Positions 13,971 to 23,510 of a stretch of DNA of 32,000 nt are shown here, one piece after another (within the stretch, counting starts at the first letter, position 1; every line of letters begins with the position of its first letter). This DNA is from Vibrio vulnificus CMCP6 (lineage in GTDB: Bacteria; Pseudomonadota; Gammaproteobacteria; Enterobacterales; Vibrionaceae). The stretch lies in the NCBI RefSeq assembly GCF_000039765.1, contig NC_004460.2, positions 1,680,001 to 1,712,000 on the forward strand. The letters run 5' to 3'. A program made the translations under genes and the position numbers. Below the pieces are notes generated by a model. That model saw only the letters and a program-made list of their open reading frames with translations, did no database searches and was not told where the DNA came from.

Positions 13971-15314
13971 GTGGAGAAACCTTTGCAATTTAAAGATTTA
14001 GGCTTAGATAATCGCCTACTGAAGAACCTAAAGCACTTAGATTTTCAGAAAGCGACGAAAATTCAACAGCAAGCGATTCCAGTTGCGATTGCTGGTAAAG
14101 ATTTGCTGGCATCCTCAAAAACAGGTTCTGGCAAAACGCTGGCGTTTGTTTTGCCTATGCTTCATAAGTCTTTAAAAACAAAAGCATTGTCAGCGCGTGA
14201 CCCGCGTGGTGTGATCCTTGCGCCTACTCGTGAACTTGCAAAACAAGTGTATGGCGAGCTTCGTACCATGCTGGGCGGCCTTTCCTACGACGCAACCTTG
14301 ATCGTGGGTGGTGAGAACTTCAACGATCAGGTAAAAGCGCTGGCACGCTATCCTAAATTCATTGTCGCGACTCCAGGACGTCTTGCGGATCACTTAGAGC
14401 ACAAATCTGTGTTCTTAGAAGGTCTTGAGACTTTGGTACTAGACGAAGCGGACCGTATGCTCGATTTGGGCTTTGCACCAGAGTTACGTCGTATCCACAA
14501 CGCAGCGAAGCACCGTCGTCGTCAAACGTTAATGTTCTCTGCTACGTTGGATCACGCAGAAGTGAACGATATCGCATCAGAAATGCTGGATGCACCGAAG
14601 CGTATCGCTATCGGTGTGTCGAATGAAGAGCACAAAGACATCACTCAACGTTTCTACTTGTGTGATCACTTAGATCACAAAGAAGCGCTTCTAGAGCGCG
14701 TGTTGAGCGAAGCAGAATACCGTCAGGTGATCATTTTCACGGCGACACGTTCGGATACCGATCGTCTGACTGAAAAACTGAATGAGAAAAAGCTGAAAGC
14801 GATCGCGCTAAGCGGCAGTTTGAATCAAAACCAGCGCAATACCATCATGAGTCAGTTTGAACGTACCGTGTTCAAAATCTTGGTGACGACGGATGTGGCA
14901 TCGCGTGGTTTGGATATTTCAACCGTGACGCACGTAATCAACTTTGATATGCCAAAGCATACGGAAGAGTATGTACACCGTATTGGTCGTACTGGCCGTG
15001 CTGGTAACAAAGGTGATGCGATCTCCTTGGTCGGCCCCAAAGACTGGGATAGCTTTAAACGTGTAGAAGCTTACCTTCAGCAAGACATCGCTTTCTCTGA
15101 ATTTGATGATCTTAAGGGCAAGTTCAAAGGCATCAAACCGCGTAAACCCGATTTCCGTGCGAAGAAACAAGCTACAACGAAGAAAGCACGCCCACAGAAG
15201 AAGGCTGTGTCGAAAGCACCTGCGAAGCGCGATAAGAGCTTCTACCAAAATGTGGCAGTGGGTGATTCAGTGTTTATTCCTAAGAAAAAACCTGCCGCAC
15301 CAACGGAAGAGTAA
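13971..15314 (+). CDS. DEAD-box ATP-dependent RNA helicase with a Lys-rich C-terminal tail (SrmB/RhlE-like)
   Basis: Q motif FQKATKIQQQAIP, motif I SKTGSGKT, VLDEADRMLD, SAT, HRIGRTGRAG. The tail is KKQATTKKARPQKKAVSKAPAKRDK. The track start is a GTG at 13971, but the GGAG at 13973-13976 lies 6 nt before an in-frame TTG at 13983 (MQFKDLGL...), so the true start may be 13983. Confidence 0.9.
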   Translation: MEKPLQFKDLGLDNRLLKNLKHLDFQKATKIQQQAIPVAIAGKDLLASSKTGSGKTLAFVLPMLHKSLKTKALSARDPRGVILAPTRELAKQVYGELRTMLGGLSYDATLIVGGENFNDQVKALARYPKFIVATPGRLADHLEHKSVFLEGLETLVLDEADRMLDLGFAPELRRIHNAAKHRRRQTLMFSATLDHAEVNDIASEMLDAPKRIAIGVSNEEHKDITQRFYLCDHLDHKEALLERVLSEAEYRQVIIFTATRSDTDRLTEKLNEKKLKAIALSGSLNQNQRNTIMSQFERTVFKILVTTDVASRGLDISTVTHVINFDMPKHTEEYVHRIGRTGRAGNKGDAISLVGPKDWDSFKRVEAYLQQDIAFSEFDDLKGKFKGIKPRKPDFRAKKQATTKKARPQKKAVSKAPAKRDKSFYQNVAVGDSVFIPKKKPAAPTEE

Positions 15315-15341
15315 CCTTCCTAGCTTTATCGCCTAAATGAC

Positions 15342-15374
15342 AAACCGCCCCGATGTTTCGGGGCGGTTTTTTTT
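15342..15374 (+). terminator. Rho-independent terminator after the helicase gene
   Basis: aaa-ccgccccg-atgttt-cggggcgg-tttttttt: an 8-bp GC stem followed by T8. Confidence 0.85.
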
Positions 15375-15438
15375 ACCTCGGTTCGGGAGAATTGTATTTG
15401 AGTAATTACTTAAATTGATATCTATTCTCATTTGTGTT

Positions 15439-15454
15439 TGTGATCTCTATCACT
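15439..15454. promoter_or_regulatory. CRP-like site upstream of ptrB
   Basis: TGTGAtctctaTCACT matches TGTGA-N6-TCACA at 9 of 10 positions. Its centre lies about 97 nt upstream of the ptrB ATG. Confidence 0.35.
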
Positions 15455-15465
15455 ATTTTTAGGTA

Positions 15466-15484
15466 AATGATAATTGATGTTATT
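15466..15484. promoter_or_regulatory. Fur-box-like sequence upstream of ptrB-hutR
   Basis: AATGATAATTGATGTTATT. The first 9 nt equal the AATGATAAT half of the Fur consensus and the second half matches about 5 of 9. A weaker match, ttgatatctattctcattt, lies at 15414-15432. Iron regulation of ptrB-hutR in V. cholerae is something I recall from the literature. Confidence 0.5.
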
Positions 15485-15543
15485 TGCATTTGGGTGCAAA
15501 CTAGCATCCTTTCATTTGCTTTATAAATGTAACTTCCAAAACT

Positions 15544-17598
15544 ATGAAATTTATTCATCTTCTTTTGATGCTGGCATGGCTCCCGGCAGGGTTGAGTTTT
15601 GCTCAAAATTCCTCTGTGAAGGATAAGGATGCTAAAGACAAGTATGAATGGCTGCGAGATGATTCACGCAGTTCACCGCGAGTGCGTGCTTACTTAGAAG
15701 AGCAGAATCAGCTTGCAGCAAAAAGACTGCTTAAAAGTGAGAGTTTGGCACAAATGCTGGAAAAGCAGTGGCAAGCGATGCAGCCTGAGAAAGGTGAAGA
15801 ACCATGGGGTTATCGTGAAGGAGAGGAATGGAAGCTAATCAACCAAGGCGGCAGTTTGCAATTGATGCGCCGCGACCCAATCACTCAACAAGCAGAGGTG
15901 GTGTTCTCGTTTGCCGAGCGACAAAATAACACGGCTTACTATCAAGTGGGTGAGTGGGCCATATCGGCAAAACGCACACACTTATTGTTTACCGAAGATC
16001 GTCAAGGTAGTGAGCGATATCAGGCGGTGTTGGTCGATTTAAAGCAAGGCCATATCGTTGAAATTGCACAAGACTTGGACACACCAGTACTGCTCTCTCG
16101 TGATGGTTTGACCGCTTATGTGATTGAGAAAGATCAGGCTCAGCGTCCATCGAACATCATGGGGATTGAGCTAGAAACGGGTCGTCAGTACAGCTTGTGG
16201 CAGGAAACGCGAGCAGATTGGTTGATGTCGTTTTATGCCGCCAGCGATGCAAATTACGCGCTATTGCAAAGCAACAATGAAAAAAGCAGCGAACAAAAAA
16301 TCCTAAACTTGCGCACTGGAGAAGTCTCCGCTGTTCTGCGTAAAGCTGAGCAAGGAATGGAATATTATGCAGATATCAGCCAGCAAACGCTTTTTGTTCA
16401 GAGCAATCATGCCGGTGATTTTCAGCTTTATCAGGCACCGTTGCAGGCACCGACCGATTGGCAACGCTTTAGCGATCACGTCACAACGCTGAATCAGTTT
16501 TATCTGTTTTCGGCAGGCGTTGTGGTGAGCGCGAGTCAGGGTCCAGATTCATTACTTTCGGTACTGAGCTACCGCGGTGAACTACGCAAGCAGATCCCTC
16601 TGAATCGTGCTGGTGAAGCGGCTTGGATTTCGAGAAATGGCGACTTTGCTAGCAACAAAGTGCGCATTCGTAGCATGTCGATGACCACGCCACCGACATG
16701 GCGAGAGCTCGACGTGAGCTCGCTGAGCATCAAAGAGATCGCCCAAGATCGCTACGCCAATTACCAAGCCAATTTGTACCATACTGAGCAGATTTTGGTT
16801 CAATCTTCTGGTGTCGAGGTTCCAGTCACGCTGGCGTACCGTCGTGACAAGCTCACGGCAACTTCCCCAGTGATTCTTTATGGTTACGGTGCTTACGGCT
16901 TTACCATGAAACCTTATTTTATGCCGCAGACCATCAGCTTACTTGATCAAGGCGCCATCTACGCAGTGGCGCACGTTCGAGGGGGCGGCTACTTTGGCGC
17001 GTCATGGCACGATGCCGGGAAGGGGATCAACAAAAGCAACTCCATCGCTGATTTTGTCGCCGCCGCGCAAACACTTCGCCATGTTCGCTTGAATGGGAAG
17101 GGATCTGAGCCGGTGCAGCGCGACATTTACCTAATGGGATCCAGTGCTGGCGGCACATTAGTGGCGGCAGCGATCAACCAAAAGCCGGAACTGTTTTCAG
17201 GGGCCGTGCTCAAAGTGCCGTTTGTCGATGTGCTCAACAGCATGTCGGACAGCCGATTACCGCTGACTGAGCAGCAATATGGAGAATGGGGTAATCCCGA
17301 GCAGCCTACTCAACGAAAAGCGATGCAAGAGTATGACCCCTATCTCAACCTTCAATCGGCCACTTATCCGCCCATGCTGGTGCAAATTGGTTGGCACGAT
17401 CAGCGTGTACCTTATTGGGAAGGGGCGAAGTATCTGACAAAACTGGCGGCGCTTAGCACGGGAACCGGGCCTTATTTGTTGCAAACGGATTTTGATTCAG
17501 GCCACGCCATGGACAGGCGTAAAGGATTGGCACAACAAGCCAAAGAGTATGCTTTTTTACTTTCACTGATCGAAACATCGAATAAATCGGAGCAATAA
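15544..17598 (+). CDS. ptrB: Oligopeptidase B / protease II (S9 family) with an N-terminal Sec signal peptide
   Basis: YEWLRDDSRSSPRVRAYLEEQN resembles E. coli PtrB [22 protein letters not shown]. Catalytic GSSAGG, and DSGHAM near the C-terminus. The N-terminal MKFIHLLLMLAWLPAGLSFA-Q looks like a cleavable signal. Confidence 0.9.
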   Translation: MKFIHLLLMLAWLPAGLSFAQNSSVKDKDAKDKYEWLRDDSRSSPRVRAYLEEQNQLAAKRLLKSESLAQMLEKQWQAMQPEKGEEPWGYREGEEWKLINQGGSLQLMRRDPITQQAEVVFSFAERQNNTAYYQVGEWAISAKRTHLLFTEDRQGSERYQAVLVDLKQGHIVEIAQDLDTPVLLSRDGLTAYVIEKDQAQRPSNIMGIELETGRQYSLWQETRADWLMSFYAASDANYALLQSNNEKSSEQKILNLRTGEVSAVLRKAEQGMEYYADISQQTLFVQSNHAGDFQLYQAPLQAPTDWQRFSDHVTTLNQFYLFSAGVVVSASQGPDSLLSVLSYRGELRKQIPLNRAGEAAWISRNGDFASNKVRIRSMSMTTPPTWRELDVSSLSIKEIAQDRYANYQANLYHTEQILVQSSGVEVPVTLAYRRDKLTATSPVILYGYGAYGFTMKPYFMPQTISLLDQGAIYAVAHVRGGGYFGASWHDAGKGINKSNSIADFVAAAQTLRHVRLNGKGSEPVQRDIYLMGSSAGGTLVAAAINQKPELFSGAVLKVPFVDVLNSMSDSRLPLTEQQYGEWGNPEQPTQRKAMQEYDPYLNLQSATYPPMLVQIGWHDQRVPYWEGAKYLTKLAALSTGTGPYLLQTDFDSGHAMDRRKGLAQQAKEYAFLLSLIETSNKSEQ

Positions 17599-19734
17599 AT
17601 GAAACTAACGCCTGTCTCAGCGGCGGTACTGTCGGTACTCGCTGCCAACTTCGTGCACGCCGAAAATGGCCACGCCGTGATGGAAGAGGTCGTCGTGACG
17701 GCTAATCAAATCGAGCAACCGCTCTCAGAAGTGGCGGGCTCTGTGTCGGTGATCAGTGGTAAAGAACTAGAGAAAAAAGGCCAAACAGAGCTGTACGATG
17801 CCCTGCGCAATGAGCCCGGCGTCAGTGTCACGGGAGGCGCGGGTCGGCCACAAAACATCGCCATTCGTGGTATGACGGGCAACCGAATTATGATCGTTCG
17901 CGATGGCGTGCAAAGCGCCGATGGTTTTGGTGCCAATGACATCAATGACAAAGTGGGGCGTAATTCCTTTGACTTGGTCAACGTCAAAAGTATTGAAGTA
18001 GTGAAAGGAGCCAGTTCATCCATTCACGGCTCAGGCGCACTGGGTGGCACCGTCGTGATTGAATCGATGCAGCCGGGTGACTACTTAAAAAACGACGATT
18101 TCTATGCTGATGTGGCCACCACGTACACAGGCATCAGTGATAAAACCCAACTGATGAGTAATTTGGCCTTTCGCTCAGGCAACACCGACTCGTTGCTGAC
18201 GGTCGCGTATTGGCAAGGAAAGGAAACGCGCAACTTCAATCAAGATAACTACCAACGTGAGTTAGAAGGGGCGAGCGCCAGCTACCAGCTCAACCATTTC
18301 GTTGGTGATGCGCTGATGTTAAGTGTTGCCGCAGATGCTTATCGTGAAGGGCAAATTCGTCGTGAAGGGAGCTCAGGTATACATGCGGATGGCAAATGGG
18401 ATCAAAACCAGTATTACGAAGACTCGCACGTCACGGATCTAGGTGTTTCGGCTGGGCTGGAATATCAGCCTATGGACGCATTTTGGTTCGATGAAGCCAA
18501 AGCTAAGTTGTATTGGCGAGACATGGCGGATGTTGAAGATATCAACCGTCTCTACGGCAGGCTGGATCAAAATGGCATTACGGAGCAAAAACGCAGTTTA
18601 GAAAACAACGAATTTCTCGACCAGCTTGTGGGCTTTCGTGCTGACATGACCAAAGCGTTTGCCACCGACCAAACCGAGCACCAGCTTGCTTATGGCTTGA
18701 AAGTAAACAGCAACCGCTATTCGAGAACGTCTGAGCGTCAATCCTTGGTTTCGGGTGGTTCAAGTGCGTTCAGCAAACAACCGTTCACACCAGCCAAAGC
18801 GCTCAGTGTGGGCATCTATGGCTTGGAAATGATGCAGTATGGCCGCTGGACAACCACGTTAGGATTGCGTTTTGATGCTCATCGCCTTGCTCCAGATGGC
18901 GATGGACACAGTAACGGCTTTGCGAAGAAGAATATTGACAGTCAAGAGTGGTCACCGAGCTTCTCTATCGCAAGAAAAGTGGCTGACTCTCACCAGCTCT
19001 ATTTTTCGTACAACCATGGTTACCGAGCGCCAACGTACGACAAAGCATACGGCTATGTGTCTCATGAAGACATTCCATTCACTCCGTTTATCATCATTCC
19101 TAATATGGATCTCAAAGCCGAAACCAGTGATTCGTTTGAGGTAGGGCATAAGTTTGATAACGGTACCTCACGCCTTTATGTGGCCCTGTTTTACCAACAA
19201 TTTGATGATTTCATTGATGTCAAAGAAGTGGGTATGGTTGGCCCTGTGACGCTGAAGCAATACCAAAACCTCAACGGCGTTGAAACCTATGGTGCAGAGT
19301 TATCTGCTGCCCATCAGATCAACGAGCAATGGCTACTGGCGACGAAAGCCGGTTATGTCGATGGCAAAAATGACCAAGGCGAATACATTCGAACCCTTAC
19401 ACCCGTAGAAGGCAACGTTGAGCTGAGTTACGCCAAGCAAAACTGGTCTGCATCTTTGTTGTGGAACTGGGCTGCAAGTATGGACCGTGTACCGGTGTGC
19501 GTGAATGACTTCAATCAAGAAGTGCCGTGCGCCAAAACGGAGTCGTGGCACAGCTTCGACCTGTTTGCTTCTTATCAATGGAATAAGGATCTGACGTTGA
19601 GTGCCTCCATCGTCAACCTATTCGACAATGAATACATTCGCTATCAAGACGTGGCGGGTATTTCACAAGCCCACACCACTTATTCCACAGAGCCGGGGCG
19701 CTACTTCACGGCCAACGTGAAATACCAATTCTAA
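17599..19734 (+). CDS. hutR: TonB-dependent outer-membrane heme receptor
   Basis: Signal peptide ending VHA-EN; TonB box/plug EEVVVTANQIEQP; C-terminal barrel ending ANVKYQF. FRAP-like GYRAPTY, a His in VSHED and NPNL-like IPNMDLK match the heme-receptor signature. ATG follows the ptrB TAA with 0 nt gap and GGAG lies 6 nt upstream. Confidence 0.8.
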   Translation: MKLTPVSAAVLSVLAANFVHAENGHAVMEEVVVTANQIEQPLSEVAGSVSVISGKELEKKGQTELYDALRNEPGVSVTGGAGRPQNIAIRGMTGNRIMIVRDGVQSADGFGANDINDKVGRNSFDLVNVKSIEVVKGASSSIHGSGALGGTVVIESMQPGDYLKNDDFYADVATTYTGISDKTQLMSNLAFRSGNTDSLLTVAYWQGKETRNFNQDNYQRELEGASASYQLNHFVGDALMLSVAADAYREGQIRREGSSGIHADGKWDQNQYYEDSHVTDLGVSAGLEYQPMDAFWFDEAKAKLYWRDMADVEDINRLYGRLDQNGITEQKRSLENNEFLDQLVGFRADMTKAFATDQTEHQLAYGLKVNSNRYSRTSERQSLVSGGSSAFSKQPFTPAKALSVGIYGLEMMQYGRWTTTLGLRFDAHRLAPDGDGHSNGFAKKNIDSQEWSPSFSIARKVADSHQLYFSYNHGYRAPTYDKAYGYVSHEDIPFTPFIIIPNMDLKAETSDSFEVGHKFDNGTSRLYVALFYQQFDDFIDVKEVGMVGPVTLKQYQNLNGVETYGAELSAAHQINEQWLLATKAGYVDGKNDQGEYIRTLTPVEGNVELSYAKQNWSASLLWNWAASMDRVPVCVNDFNQEVPCAKTESWHSFDLFASYQWNKDLTLSASIVNLFDNEYIRYQDVAGISQAHTTYSTEPGRYFTANVKYQF

Positions 19735-19750
19735 GCGCAAGGAGTCGAAA

Positions 19751-22042
19751 ATGAAGACCAAACTCACCTTACTTGCCCTGCTACTGGCGATGAATCCGCT
19801 GGCTAACGCAGCGCAGTGGGATTACCCCGAAGAGCGAGTGACCTTGAATAGCGCCGAGCAAGTGCAGCAGTTTGTTCAGCAGCATTATGCTGATCAGGGC
19901 GAATTTAAACTCAGGTATCAAACCACCTCACTGTTGGGCCATCACTATAACTTTGATGTTTGGCAACATGGGCAGTACCAACAGCAAAAGAGCCTTGTGG
20001 TGACAACGGATCAGCAGCACCGAGTGGCGCGCGTGTTTCGTAGTTTAGAAAACACGGTGTTGCTCAATGGCGAGCCAACCACGGCGGTGGAGTTGGAACA
20101 CCCTCGAAGATTAGAGGCGGATTTTCCCCCCGCCCTGGAACAAGGTGAACTCGAAACGGTTGAAATACAGGTATTCGACCCTGATCTTCGCACGCAACAA
20201 CAACTTCCGGCCCCAAGCAGTGGCTGGAACAGCATGGATGACTACCCTGGCGCGATGGAATATCAACGCCGAAACGTCAGCTTGCTAAAAACCGATCAGG
20301 GTTATTTTTTACGCAACCGAAATGTGGTCGAAGTGGATGCGAAAGCGCTGATTTCAGTAGAGGCGCAAGATGGTGTGCCAGTCAGAGACGAAAGTGGTTT
20401 CGCGGCGCCGTCGGGGATTAGCCATTTTGCAGCATTGGCGGATCTGCAAGCGCTGCAGAGCAATGATCCGCGTTTTTTGGCAGTGATGGCGTTTTACCAT
20501 CTTGATCATTCGCTCGAATACACCAAAACATTGGGCTATGCGCTGTTTAATGATCCACTCAAGTTTGATGGGCGTGGGCTGTCTGCCAACAACTCCACCT
20601 ATTATAAAGGCCCTCAGGCGGCGATGTTTGGCTTGGGCGGTGTTTCACCAGATGCGATGGATGCCGATGTTATCTTGCATGAGCTTGGCCACGGTATTCA
20701 CTATCAAATTGTGCCCGATTGGGCATATGGCCATAGCGGCGCGATCGGCGAAGGGTTCGGTGATTATTGGGCTGGCAGTCACAGTTATCGTCAGCAATAT
20801 CTCGATGCCGCAAGGCGTGGCCAAGAGTTTGAACTGGATACAGTATTCAATTGGGATGGCGTGTTTGGCAATCGTCTCTCAACTCGAAGCTTGTGGAACC
20901 AACGTGCGCGCTATTTTGAGCATGGCCACTATCGAGCACACGAAAGTGTTGGGGGCGAGTTGGGTGATGAATTGTGGTCAACGCCGCTGTTCCAAGCCCT
21001 GAAGGAGTCGGTCTCCTTGCTCGGTGAAGGGGATGAGCGTGTGTTTCGCGAGTTCGATACGATCGTTTTACAAGGCATGTATGGCGTCGGGCGCGGTGTA
21101 AAGATGCACGATTTGGCGGAAAGCACCGTGCTGGCTGCCGCCACTCTTTATCCTGAAAAACCGTATGCTGAGATTTTGCAGCGCCATTTTAAACGGCATG
21201 GCTTGTTAAAAGCGCCGTTTATCAGCCGTCTTGAAAGTAAATACATCACGGATGCGAAACCGCTCTCCATTGAGCTGGTGGCCAATGGTCGAGCTGCAGA
21301 CGTTGAAGCAAGACTTTCTCTTCAGCAACAGATCTTGGTGGAGAAGCAGAGCCAACTGACCGATTCATTTACCCTAAGCGCGGAGTTACCAGAAGGATTG
21401 GTATGTGGCCAGCCGTTTGTCGCGCAAGTGGAGGCCGATTATCGTCATCAGCCTTGGCTGGCAAAGCAGCAGTGGCAAGAGTCGATCACCTTGGTGCGAG
21501 GTGTACCTCAGTTGGTCAACCGTGCGCAGCAGATGGACGTGCGACTGAATGATGCCAGCACTGACGCGCAGGGCCGTTTTAACGTCGGGCAACAGATCTT
21601 CTCGCAGACATTTCTTGATCGCGACGTCACCATTGGCGAACAGTTCGCCATTTATCTCGATATTGACCACGCATCAATGGCGGATCTGTCCGTCACTTTG
21701 ACTTCACCAAAAGGTGACAAGCTGGTGCTTTGGAATCACCAAATCAGTCAGGGTAACGGCTTCAAAGGCTATTTCACGGTGGCTCACGACGCGCAATTAG
21801 CGCCCTTACTCGGTCAGCAAGCCTGGGGACGCTGGCGTCTAGAGATCATGGATTCCATCGAAGGCAATCAAGGTCGGTTAAACGCGTGGGGCATTAGCCA
21901 GTTTGAGCAATACCAATGCAATGAAACCCGTGCAGATAGCACATCGAAAAAATCGGGTGGGCAACTCAATCTCTTTGCTCTCTGGGCTCTCTTTTCCATT
22001 TTTGTGGCTCGAGCGTTTTGCTCTCGTCAAAATTTAAGCTAA
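19751..22042 (+). CDS. Secreted zinc metalloprotease (HEXXH) with a proprotein-convertase P-domain and a GlyGly-CTERM sorting signal
   Basis: Signal peptide MKTKLTLLALLLAMNPLANA-AQ. HELGH at 20678-20692. P-domain-like DHASMADLSVTLTSPKGDKLVLWNH ... WGRWRLEIMDSIEGNQGRLNAWGI. The C-terminal SGGQLNLFALWALFSIFVARAF (21953-22042) is a Gly-Gly, TM helix and basic tail. AAGGAG SD present. Confidence 0.85.
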   Translation: MKTKLTLLALLLAMNPLANAAQWDYPEERVTLNSAEQVQQFVQQHYADQGEFKLRYQTTSLLGHHYNFDVWQHGQYQQQKSLVVTTDQQHRVARVFRSLENTVLLNGEPTTAVELEHPRRLEADFPPALEQGELETVEIQVFDPDLRTQQQLPAPSSGWNSMDDYPGAMEYQRRNVSLLKTDQGYFLRNRNVVEVDAKALISVEAQDGVPVRDESGFAAPSGISHFAALADLQALQSNDPRFLAVMAFYHLDHSLEYTKTLGYALFNDPLKFDGRGLSANNSTYYKGPQAAMFGLGGVSPDAMDADVILHELGHGIHYQIVPDWAYGHSGAIGEGFGDYWAGSHSYRQQYLDAARRGQEFELDTVFNWDGVFGNRLSTRSLWNQRARYFEHGHYRAHESVGGELGDELWSTPLFQALKESVSLLGEGDERVFREFDTIVLQGMYGVGRGVKMHDLAESTVLAAATLYPEKPYAEILQRHFKRHGLLKAPFISRLESKYITDAKPLSIELVANGRAADVEARLSLQQQILVEKQSQLTDSFTLSAELPEGLVCGQPFVAQVEADYRHQPWLAKQQWQESITLVRGVPQLVNRAQQMDVRLNDASTDAQGRFNVGQQIFSQTFLDRDVTIGEQFAIYLDIDHASMADLSVTLTSPKGDKLVLWNHQISQGNGFKGYFTVAHDAQLAPLLGQQAWGRWRLEIMDSIEGNQGRLNAWGISQFEQYQCNETRADSTSKKSGGQLNLFALWALFSIFVARAFCSRQNLS

Positions 22043-22057
22043 GCAGAAGAAAACAAC

Positions 22058-23509
22058 ATGAAACGACACTATTCCCTTATTGCCTCCGCGCTGCTCTTGG
22101 CAGGCTGTGGTGGTTCATCATCTGGTGGCGGCGCCACCAACACGGCGCCCACTTATTCATTATCCGGTCAAGTTGCGCTGGCGGAAGCGAACAGCACGAA
22201 CACCAAAGTGTGTGTGGACTACAACCAGAACTCTCGCTGCGATCAAACGGAAAGCGCCATCGCGTTGGATGGCAATGGGCAGTTTCGTTTTCAGTCGACC
22301 AGCAAAACCTTCTATAGTCGTCCGGTATTAGCCGAAGTCGCGTTGGCGGACAATCGAACCCTCTTTCTTTCTACGCCGGGTCAGAGCAAAGAAAAAGGCA
22401 TGGTGATCAATGAAGTCACGTCATTGATTTCTGCCATGGTCAATGAAGGCAGTACATTGACGGTTGCCAAAGAGAAATTACAACAACAGTTAGCGGATGC
22501 GGGCGTTGCGGTGGGAGACGATCTTCTGGCGATAAGCCAACCGAATGGCCTTGAGGTGTTGAGCGAGAACGTGCGCCGAGTGCTGGGTAAAGTAAACAGC
22601 CACGAGCAATCGCGAATTTTGGCGCAAATTGCCCACCAGTTGCAGTTTGCTGGGCAACATTTCGCGACGGATGCTTTAAGCGAGCAAACCATTGAGCAGT
22701 GGCTCGAAGCGATCAGAAACCAGCCAGTACAACGCCAAGTGATTAACGATACCGGGGTTGTTAAGCATTTCTCTGGCAACAGTGTGAGCTTAGAAAACGC
22801 GCCAAGCGAGCATTATCCGGGCCAAGATGCTTCATTTGGTTTTGATCGACTTGATAGGCAGGAAAGCACACAAAATGGTTTCAAACTGGTCAAGCTCGAT
22901 GGCAATGGCAACCCATTAGCAGATGACGCTGAGCAGTGGTCTTGTGTTCAAGATCTGCGTACAGGCTTGATCTGGGAAAACAAGAGTGCCGATGCGCAGT
23001 CGCTTCAATATCGCGATCGTATTTTCACCCTCAAGTTACCTCGTTTCGAACCGTACGCGGAAGATCTTGCTGCGTCTGGGTGCCACGATGCGGGCGACAA
23101 CATTTGTACCACGCAAGATTACGCGGAGCAGCTGAGTCAGCAAACGTTGTGTGGACAAACCAACTGGCGTTTACCGACGGTGCAAGAGTTCTACAATCTT
23201 ATCGATTTCGGCGAGCAATCCCAAACGGAAACTGGCCAACAAAAAGGATTGAATCAGCGTTACTTCCCTGAGCAATCATTGGGGCATACCGATCTGGATC
23301 CGTATGGCTACGTATGGACATCGACGGTGAAATTCAATCAATACAACGCGTATGCGACCGAAGGCAGCATCCAATCGGCGGCGGTGCGACTGTTGGGTGA
23401 AGACCGCGGCCAAATCGAATACTTTGAAATTTATTCCGACATGGTGGCAGCCGATTCAGGCACCTCTTTCCAACTACCTGTCCGCATGGTTGCAGCAAAA
23501 GGGAACTAA
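22058..23509 (+). CDS. Lipoprotein with a C-terminal DUF1566 (Lcl C-terminal-like) domain
   Basis: Lipobox LLLAGC with Cys17, followed by a GGSSSGGG linker. The C-terminus reads GLIWENKSADAQ ... CGQTNWRLPTVQEFYNLIDF ... YVWTST, which is DUF1566-like. Confidence 0.8.
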   Translation: MKRHYSLIASALLLAGCGGSSSGGGATNTAPTYSLSGQVALAEANSTNTKVCVDYNQNSRCDQTESAIALDGNGQFRFQSTSKTFYSRPVLAEVALADNRTLFLSTPGQSKEKGMVINEVTSLISAMVNEGSTLTVAKEKLQQQLADAGVAVGDDLLAISQPNGLEVLSENVRRVLGKVNSHEQSRILAQIAHQLQFAGQHFATDALSEQTIEQWLEAIRNQPVQRQVINDTGVVKHFSGNSVSLENAPSEHYPGQDASFGFDRLDRQESTQNGFKLVKLDGNGNPLADDAEQWSCVQDLRTGLIWENKSADAQSLQYRDRIFTLKLPRFEPYAEDLAASGCHDAGDNICTTQDYAEQLSQQTLCGQTNWRLPTVQEFYNLIDFGEQSQTETGQQKGLNQRYFPEQSLGHTDLDPYGYVWTSTVKFNQYNAYATEGSIQSAAVRLLGEDRGQIEYFEIYSDMVAADSGTSFQLPVRMVAAKGN

Positions 23510-23510
23510 G

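Noticed and set aside
23352-23510. Upstream extension of the small DUF1566 ORF; the same applies to the 29329..29400 extension of pstC
   Set aside because: The first extension lies inside the preceding gene in another frame. The second would read through the pstS-pstC hairpin. In both cases an internal ATG with an SD gives a normal signal peptide or N-terminus.
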